DNA from: Azolla caroliniana
Lineage: Eukaryota > Plantae > Polypodiophyta
Direction of reading: 5' to 3'
Assembly (NCBI GenBank): GCA_043228905.1
Contig: JBHGNT010000016.1
Location: 18,786,001 to 18,850,000, forward strand
DNA: 64,000 nt
Below, in pieces: positions 55,149-64,000 of this stretch; position 1 is the first letter of the stretch; each line of letters starts with the position of its first letter. The notes under the pieces were generated by a model. The model was given only the letters and a program-made list of their open reading frames with translations. It ran no database searches and was not told the DNA's origin. The position numbers were made by a program, and so were the translations under genes.

Positions 55149-57174
55149 ATAAGTGAAGATTCACCGTTCTCGATTGAAGAATATTGTTTGTCATCAGACT
55201 CATCGTTTTCTACCGAAGAGTATTGTTTGTCGACAGACTCACCATTTTCTATTGAAGAATATTGTCTGTCGAAAGACTCACCATATTCTATCGAAGAATA
55301 TTGTCTAAGCTCATCTTCACCTACAGGGAATGTAAATAATGACACATGTGAAGAGTTCTCTATTGAAGAATACGATATTAATAAAGATACGGAGAATGAA
55401 GGTAGTGCCAATGAAACATCGAATAACATTGGTGATGGTCACAACAAAGAATTAGATTGTAACAAGGTTACACCAACCTCTATATAGGAAGAGAAATCTG
55501 GAAGCCCTATGCATATTAGAAGAATCCCACGAAGAATTCGTCTGGCTAGATTTAGCTTGGTGACATTAGATAAACAAATTGGATTTGATCTCAAAAAAAT
55601 ATGTTGGGCCCGTGGTTGTATGTCTATGATTGGAAAATCAAAGTTGCGAGAATTAAGGCGATACTATTTTTCGATGACTGGTGATGAGCAAGACACTTAC
55701 CTCGGGTCACATATGCAACTAGTGTCTGACAAATGTACGGGCATCAAAGTATCATTCGAGTATTATATCTTCCATGCGCAACAGCTATGTAGAGTTGCAT
55801 TCAAAATTGCATTATGTGTTAGTAACATGCGGCTATATAGAATACAACAACGTCTACTTAGCGGGGATCAGATGCTCAATTGTAAAGAGGTTCCAAGTAT
55901 GAAAGGTGCAATTGGAAGACATGCTATTGGTTGGATGAAAAGTTACTTTCAGTTAAATTGTGAAGTAATGCCCACTACAGGTAGGATGCACCTCTCTGAT
56001 AATTACACACGTCGGGAAGTTTATGATGTCTCAGCATGATGCTTTCACTTTACCTAAACTATTTGATGTCATTTGTGATGCATATACACCACGCCCAAAA
56101 GTGTTACACTTGAAGGAGGTATATGACTTTAAGAGATATATATCAGATGGGGGTGGTGGGAATGTTAAAGTGCTTGCCTAGTTAAAAATGATAAGTTTCA
56201 ATCACATTTTTATGATAAAGAAAAATGAAATAAGTGGTTGCCAGTTATTACTTTGTATGTCGAGTACAATTGTCCATGGAGCTAAGCAAATGCCAATTGA
56301 GAAGAAATGACAGTTGTAGAGTGTCTTAGTATCGGAACAAAAACGGTCATGGCTCCAAGCCTTAGAAGAAAAAAGAAAGCATATTGAGGCCGTGAAGAAA
56401 TATGCCGCACAACAAGACACGTCATGGTGGGATGTATTTTATAGTGATCAGAAAGGAATTATAGACAATTGTGTATTTAGTGATAATTGGAATTTGGAAA
56501 CGCCATTCACATGGTCGCTGCAACATGATCGTGTAAATAGAACTCCGGAGCAACCACCAAATACGATTAATGACAACTTGGTCTATCCACAACAAAGAGA
56601 CATTTATGTGGGACCAAGGATGACCAAAGTAGCCGAAGCTAGATGGCAAGGCAATTTGCAAGAGCTCACGGCGGGGATGTTGATTGCAACGCCGACTGAT
56701 GAGAACTCACATGGCCACCAATTTTGGGTGGGTAAAATTCTAGAAGTGCTAATGCATGAAATAGAAAACACGATCAAGTCTATAAACGTTCATTGGTACA
56801 ACACTAGAAGTGCAAATGCTTTTACAGGTAAGTATACATTGGAGATGATTGAATGCGCAACAAGAAGGGGAGGTAGGAAGAAGAAGTGAAACATTCGTAA
56901 CACCTCGACCCTTGATATCTCTGATGTGGATATCATCGTGTACGACTTCACACTTACAAAAGCCAGACGTTTAAGGAAGTCAACAATAGATATAATAAAA
57001 GAAAAATTACTAGGTCTACAAGGTGGCTCGAGTCAAAGGCAAACGAGATCTGCTACATATAATCTAGAGTCAAACCATTTGGTTTATGACGAAGATAATG
57101 CACTGATTGGTACATTAGAGGATGACGAGGAGGAATTGTCATTGTATATTAGTTATAGTAGTGATTCTCCATAA
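55149..57174 (+). pseudogene. Sola1-like transposase, copy 2, catalytic core deleted
   Basis: ATG>ATA start; ~700-bp deletion at ~56030 removes the IDGMDQ, LDN and GHTHD motifs relative to copy 1. Confidence 0.85.
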
Positions 57175-57506
57175 AGGAGTGATCACGAATGTATATTTGG
57201 CTATTAAGTGTAACTACATTCCGCTTGTAACAAATCGAGTAATATAAAAGCATTTGTTTTGAATTCTTATGATTTCTAAAAAATCGTTTCTTATAAAATA
57301 ACATTGGTTGTAAAGTTTGTGATATAAATTGAGAATGTAACTTTTTGAAATTCCTCTTTTTTTAGTTACTTCTAAATCATGAAAATAGTGGATTTTTAAC
57401 CTTTTTCATAGTAAGTTTGAACATGTATGATACTGGTATCAATGTGTTTTGTAAAATCATTGAAAAAGCCCTAAAATCAACCAAAATTTCCCTTATCCTT
57501 CCATTT

Positions 57507-57542
57507 ATGCGTGATCCTTCCACTTGTGAACGCGAACGTGTT
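57507..57542 (-). repeat. right TIR
   Basis: ATGCGTGATCCTTCCACTTGTGAACGCGAACGTGTT followed by the TSD AGGA. Confidence 0.95.
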
Positions 57543-57690
57543 AGGATCATTATGCACCACCTAAGGATAAGATTTATCCCGCACGATTAATACCACACCT
57601 GAATAATGATGATTAAGATGTCCTACATAGAATGATGAATATCCATGCAAATGAACTGTGGATCCTGCTAACTCATGACACTTATGCTCA
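57543..57690 (-). mobile_element. 5' remnant of the LINE endonuclease
   Basis: VEHKCHELAG...HYSGVVLIVRDK...VVHNDP, contiguous with 48786 across the TSD. Confidence 0.75.
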
Positions 57691-57727
57691 ACTACACATA
57701 ATACATCTCATTCTTTACTTAACAAAG

Positions 57728-57769
<42 letters not shown>

Positions 57770-57889
57770 CCCTTTTCTTTCTATCTCTCTTTCTCTTCTT
57801 TTCCTATGAGCCAAACGACCTATAACCTATAGTCTATGCCTTTGCAAAATTACAAAACCCATGCCCTTATCATAATTTAACTCTTATAC

Positions 57890-60190
57890 CCATACAAAAG
57901 GAGTCATATTCGTAATGTCCAAAATCGTCAAATAACGAAAGAGAATTTTGTGTTTTGTCGTGCGCTTATTTGAACACTCTATCAAACCGATGGTGGTGGT
58001 GAGTATATGTCTCCTGAATTTCAGACACTCTATCAAAATGAAGGCATACATCATAGAATATGAACACCACACACACCACAACAAAATGGTGTATCTGAAA
58101 GGAAGAATAGAACACTTCTAAATATGGCTCGGAGTATGTTACAATTTGCTCAATTATCGCCTCAATTTTGGGAGGAAGCGGTTGGCACCGCTTGCTACAT
58201 TCAAAATCAAGGATTTCATAGATCTTGGGGCTCCAAACCCCTTATGAATTATGGCATGGTCACAAACCTAACCTAAGTAACCTTCGTATTTTTTGTTGTG
58301 ATGCTTATTCTTTTGTGCCAATTGTTCAAAGAACCAAGCTAGATCCAAGAGCTACAAAATCAATTTTCATCGGATCTGGAGAAGCTTCAGGATCATACAA
58401 GCTTTACGATCCACAAAAGCAAAGAATATTCTTTGGTCGCAATGTGATATTCCAAGAAAATGGGTTTTCTACAAACTTTCTTCTAATCTACGTCCATTAT
58501 TACTTACACTCATATTGAAGGAGCCAACATTGGCTCATCCTCTACTTCCACTATTTGTGTTGCTCTTCCATCTAATCACAAGGCAAAGGTCAATCCTACT
58601 CAACCAACTAATTCTTCTTATAATCTTTCCTCACTCCAATCTCTAGATGATTCTCTTCCTCATACTCCTTTAATTACACATTGTTTAACTCCCTGTAACA
58701 ATACGAATAATGTTATCTTCTCCACTCCCTCTCCTAATTCTTCATCCCAAGCTTCATCACCGACTTCCCCACCTCCAAAGTATAGATCTCTAAATAGTAT
58801 TTATGAACAACTTGATCAAATGGAAGCATATTTTGTGGACTTGGACCATGAAGCTTATATACAAGAAGAAGATATTCCAACCCTTAGCGATGACACAAAT
58901 CTATCGGCCAAAGAAGCACTTTCCGGATCGGATTCTATCAAATGGAGAAAGGCTATGGAAGAAGAAATGAAGGCTTTACTTAAAAATGGTAAGTGAACCC
59001 TCATTGAGCCTCCAAAAGATCATCAAATAATTGGTTCTAAATGGATCTTACACATAAAGTGAGATAGTAATGGTAATCCAATTCGCTTCAAGGCTCGTGT
59101 TGTTGCTCAAGGATTTTCTCAAGTACTAGGTATTGATTTTCAAGATAAATTTAGTCCAACACTAAAAATATGTGGTTTTTGAATGCTCGTTGCTCTTGCC
59201 GCTCAACATAATCTAGAGTTACATCACTTGGATGTACAAATGACTTTTCTTCATGGAGATTTAGATGAAGAACATTATTTACAACCATAATTTTTTGAAG
59301 ATCCAAGTCATTCGACACATGTTTGTCGACTCCATAAATCTATTTACGACCTTATTAAGCAATCTCCACGCATATGGTATCGCAAACTACACTCTTTTCT
59401 TATAAAAGTTGGATATCATTGTCTAAACAATGAGCCAAATATCTATGTTAAAAAAGCCAAATCCAAATTTGTTATCATAGGTATCTATGTTGATGACTTG
59501 CCCTTGATCTCTAATTCCAAATCTTATCTAACTATTGCAAAGAGGGAACTTGCATATGTCTTTCCTGTCACTGATTTAGGCCCTATGACACATTTTCTAG
59601 GCATCAAAGTAATTGAAAATAGAACAAGTCATATTATCTCATTATCACAATAAAACTATATTAATTCTATTCTCCAAAGATTTGATATGCTCCATAGTAA
59701 ACCCATTAATACTCCTCTTACCTCTCCATGTAAACTTTCAAATATTGATTCTCCCAAGAATGAACGAGAAATTTCTGAAATGAATGATGTACCCTATAAA
59801 CAAATCGTTGGGTGTATAAGATATTTGGTAAGTTGCACACGTCCCGATATTTGCTTTGCCGCCGATTTTCTTTCTTGTTTCATGGCTAATCCAAGACAAA
59901 GCATTGGATCGCGCTCAAAAGATTACTATGATACTTGAAGCAGACTCAACATTATGCGTTGACTTACTTGGCCACACAATCTGAGTCAACCACACTTGTG
60001 CAAGGATGGACAAATCCCTCTAGCCAACTAATTGGTTGGTCGGATTGTGATTGGGGGGGAGATGTGGATGATCATAAGTCAATAGGTGGCTATGTTTACA
60101 CACTAGCTCGCGCTGCAATTTCGTGGAAGTCGAAGAAACACACTATGCATTGTCATCCACCGAAGCCGAATATGTTACCTCGGTTTTAGC
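57890..60190 (+). pseudogene. decayed AT-rich copia INT-RT-RNase H
   Basis: DGGGEY, TPQQNGVSERKNRTL, RFKARVVAQGFSQ, IYVDD and GWSDCDWGG motifs with many stops. Confidence 0.85.
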
Positions 60191-60278
60191 GGCCATCGGT
60201 GATGGTTTTATAAACTTGCCACCACCAATGTTGTAATCACAATAGGGCGTAATAATATAATATTGTTCTGTTTTTCCT

Positions 60279-60322
<44 letters not shown>

Positions 60323-60589
60323 CATTCTATCTCATTATTTCTCTTCTTTTCCGATAGTTTCACATGGCCAGTGGACAGATGGGACATCGCTATTTGGAAG
60401 ACAATAACAATATGCAGTATAGAAAATAATAAATAAATAAATCATTTAAGGGAAATAAAAATATTTAATAGAAATAATAATTACTTTTTTACGAGAATGA
60501 AACCGCCTTGGTGGTGGTCTTTTATAAAGCCACCACCACCCATTGTAAAATCAGGGTTTTTATTTGTAAGAAGAGTCTCCCTCACTTAC

Positions 60590-63500
60590 TGTTGGGAGAC
60601 AGGTCCCTACGGATGGGAAGGAAGAAGAACAGTGCCGACGAACAAACTCGGCCGAGGCCGAAACAGTATGAGGAGTACCCGGCTACGGAGAGCCGGATGG
60701 TGCAGGCCCGGTATGAACCGGATGAGGAGTACCCGGCTACGGAGAGCCGGATGGTGCAGGCCCGGTATGAACCGGAGGAAGAGACATATTCGTAAATATG
60801 TTTCTGAGAGCCCATCGAGGCTATATTTGTAAATAGCCGAAAAGTCATATTAGTATAAATATGACTTAGGGCAAACCGTAGTGGTTGTTGTCATTCTTCC
60901 TTGTTGGTGCAAGAAGAAGAGAGAGTGCGTAACTGTACAGAGAGAGAGAGAGAGACGAGGTCGTTGCCTCTGTTGTAACCGCCGCCTGTGGCGAAGATTT
61001 GTGAGCACGAGGTCGGTGCCTCAGTGAACTCACTGTTTTGTATATTCATACATAGTGACAGTTTGCAGCTTGTGGGCTGCCGTGGTTTTTCCCCTAGCTT
61101 GAGGTTTTCCACGTAAACCTCCTGTGTACCTCTTCTCTCCTTTTTTTTGTGTCGCGTGTTTTTTTTCATTTCCTGTTTTCTGTGTAAGTAAAGAATCTCG
61201 GTTGCAGCCGAGCGTTGGACATAAGGAACGACAAGTTCCCGTCAAGTGGTATCAGAGCGAATTCGACACAAAAAAATGGACGAATCATTAGGCGGCATGT
61301 TCAAGCTCACCGGCTCCAACTATTCAGTATGGAAGTCGAAGATGAGGGACATGCTCGTTGTTAAAGACCTCTGGCTGCCAGTTCAGTTCGGGGACAAGAG
61401 ACCGGACAAAATCTACGCCGCGATATGGGAGGTGATGCACATGAAGACAACGGCGTACATACGGTGCTTCATCGACATGAGCCTATACAACAACTTCAAT
61501 GAAGAGAGCAAGGCTCATGAGCTCTGGGAGAAGATCGACATAATGTTTCAGAACAAAAATGCTGTCAATCAGGTGTCGGTATTCCGGAAGCTAGTAAGAC
61601 TCCGGTACCAAGATGGCTCCAGCATGGCAGAGCACATGAATGCCTTCCAGGGGCTGATCCACCAGGCAACTTCATTGGAAGTACCTCTCGCCAATGAGGT
61701 ACTTGCGCTACTCCTGCTCGGTTCCCTCCCGGATAGCTGGGAGACGTTGGTTGTCACTTTGGGCAACGCCGGGCCAGAAGGAAAGCGGTTATCCCTAGCA
61801 AGAGTAAAGTCGAGCTTGTTAGATGAGGAGGCGCGTCGGAAAGACAAAGATACGAGCTCCGACTCCAAAGCGCTCCTTACCGAATCGGAACGCGGTAGAC
61901 ATAGAAACCGTAGTCCCCAGAACCGGGAGAAGTCGGGGACACGGTCAAAGTCAAGGGGAAGGCCTACTTGCTTCTATTGCGGCAAGACGGGACACTTCCA
62001 AAAGAACTGTCGGCATTTCCGTAAAGACAAGGAAACCGACGGTACCGATTCGAAGCAAACCCCGGACCGGACCGGTAAAGACCGAAACGGTAAAGACCAG
62101 AGGGGGCCGGACCGGAAGGGAACGACGGCAATCGCGGCAAGTGAAGAAGAGTTGATGCTCATCACCGAGGAGAGTGAGATAAACCTTGCCTGCGACGAGA
62201 TGACCTGGGTGGTATACTCCGGAGCGTCGTTCCACCTTACCCCGGACGAGAAATGCTTCTCATCCTACTCAGCCGGTGACCACGGCTATGTTCGGATGGG
62301 GAATGAAGGTACATGCCGAATTATCGGCATAGGAGACGTGTGGCTGTGAACACCAACCAGATGCAAGTTGCTGCTGAAGGATGTTCGACACGTTCCGGAG
62401 GTTCGTCTGAACCTGATATCAGCCGGTCAGCTAGATGATGAAGGCTACACGGGTAGCATCCGGAACGGGGTCATGAAGTTCAGCAAAGGGAGCCTGATTG
62501 TGGCTCGGGCCCGGAAGGTCAACACGTTGTACCTGATCAATGCCCGGTTGTGTCCGGAAGAAGTGAACGTGGCATCCGACACTGCCGGTGAGTTGTGGCA
62601 CAAGAGGTTGTGTCATATGAGCGAGAAGGGGATGAAGAGGCTTGCAGACGACAACCTCATTCCAGTGAAGAACGTGCACTTAGAGAAGTGCACTGATTGT
62701 CTGGCCGGTAAGCAGAACCAGACCTCCTTCCGACCAAGGCCACCGATGAGACGTAATGCACTACTGGAGTTGGTGCATACGGATGTGTGTCAAGTAGACA
62801 CGAAGTCACATGCCGGAGCGTAGTACTTCGTGACGTTCATAGATGACCACAGCCGGAAGCTGTGAGCCACACCACTGAAGACGAAGGATCAGGTGCTATC
62901 TGTCTTCAAAGAGCTCGACGCGAGAGTGGAAAGAGAAACCGGCCGGAAGCTGAAGGCGGTTCGAGCAGACAACGGAGGAGAATACCGGGGGCAGTTCGAG
63001 GAGTACTGCCGCTCGAAGGGGATCCGGCTCGAATTTACCGTGGCGAAAACGCCGGAACTAAACGGACTGGCTGAGAGGATGAATCGGACCATAATGGAGA
63101 GGGTCCGGAGTATGCTAGCGCATGCAAAACTACCCAAGAATTTTTGGGCTGAGGCACTGTCGACGGCGACATATGTGATAAACAGATCACCCTTAGTACC
63201 CTTGGACGGAGACATGCCACAGAGAGTATGGACCGGTAAGGAAGTGTCCTACCGGCATTTGAGGGTGTTCGGGTGTCTCGCGTACGTGCATGTTGCAAAG
63301 GACCGGAGAGGAAAGTTAGATCCAAAGACCCGGCCATGCATATTCCTCGGTTACGGTGACGATGAGTTCGGCTACCGAGTGTGGGACCCGGTCGATAAGA
63401 AGGTATTCCGGAGTCGAGATATTATCTTCATGGAGGACAAGACGCTCGCCGACTGGGAGTCGGAGAAGAAGATAATGAACTCCGAGTCGACCGGTAAGGA

Positions 63501-64000
63501 TGTTCTACTGATCGATGAGGGGGAGCCGGAAAGCTTCGAAGAAGCGAAGGAAGACACCCACAACCGAAAATGGTTAAGTGCCATGCAGGATGAGATGGAT
63601 TCCCTGCATGAGAACCATACATATGAATTGGTGGAGTTGCCGAAAGGAAAGCAGGCACTCCGAAACAAGTGGGTGTACAAGTTGAAACCGGGAGATGCCG
63701 GCAACCCCCCGAGATACAAAGCCAGGATCATGGTGAAGGGGTTCCAGCAGAAGAAGGGCGTGGACTTCAACGAGATATTTGCCCCGGTAGTAAAGATGAC
63801 CTCCATCCCGACGGTGCTGAGTATAGCAGTAAGCATGGACCTCGAGGTAGAGCAGCTGGACGTGAAGACGGCATTCCTTCACGGCGACCTCGAAGAGGAG
63901 ATCTACATGCAGCAATCAGAAGGATTTGTGGAGAAAGGAAAGGAGCACCTGGTATGCCGGTTGAAGAAGAGCCTGTACGGACTGAAGTAAGCTCCTCGGC
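60590..64000 (+). mobile_element. Ty1/copia element (family B-related), running off the window end
   Basis: LTR 60590-61244 (TG..CA); PBS TGGTATCAGAGC 61247-61258; gag with CFYCGKTGHFQKNC, PR, INT and RT; stops at 62347, 62821, 62863 and 63988. Confidence 0.95.

Larger units (their letters stand above)
48787..57542. mobile_element. TIR DNA transposon, Sola1-like, copy 2 (8756 bp, both ends present)
   Basis: 36-bp TIRs with 2 mismatches; 4-bp TSD AGGA (48783-48786 / 57543-57546); removing the element rejoins the LINE endonuclease frame (VVHNDP|YGHVLV). Confidence 0.95.

Noticed and set aside
62815-62830. TAG at the same integrase codon in both family B elements (also ~6681), suggesting programmed readthrough
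   Set aside because: CAG>TAG at a CHG site is a common methylation-driven decay here, and both copies carry other stops

Overview
Repeat-rich land-plant genomic DNA: spliceosomal introns, plant-type host genes, and many CG/CHG-deamination-type stop codons. Two intact host genes lie on the minus strand: a 5-exon isoflavone-reductase/PCBER-like NmrA reductase (27227-29555) and a 5-exon plastid-type ATP sulfurylase (33902-37170). The rest is mostly nested Ty1/copia retrotransposons, solo LTRs and a decayed L1-type LINE. The standout is a two-copy DNA transposon family. The copy with both ends (48787-57542) has 36-bp TIRs and a 4-bp AGGA TSD; the other copy (~15503-22098) is left-truncated. The family carries a Sola1-like (DUF7869-type) transposase and, divergently, a spliced gene fusing a ParB/Srx-like domain to a prokaryote-type beta-class N6A/N4C DNA methyltransferase. 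A ~51-bp-period array of 29-bp palindromes sits in that gene's predicted first intron. Both copies are mutated but complementary, so a near-complete consensus can be rebuilt. All family assignments come from motif recognition by eye; no database searches were run.
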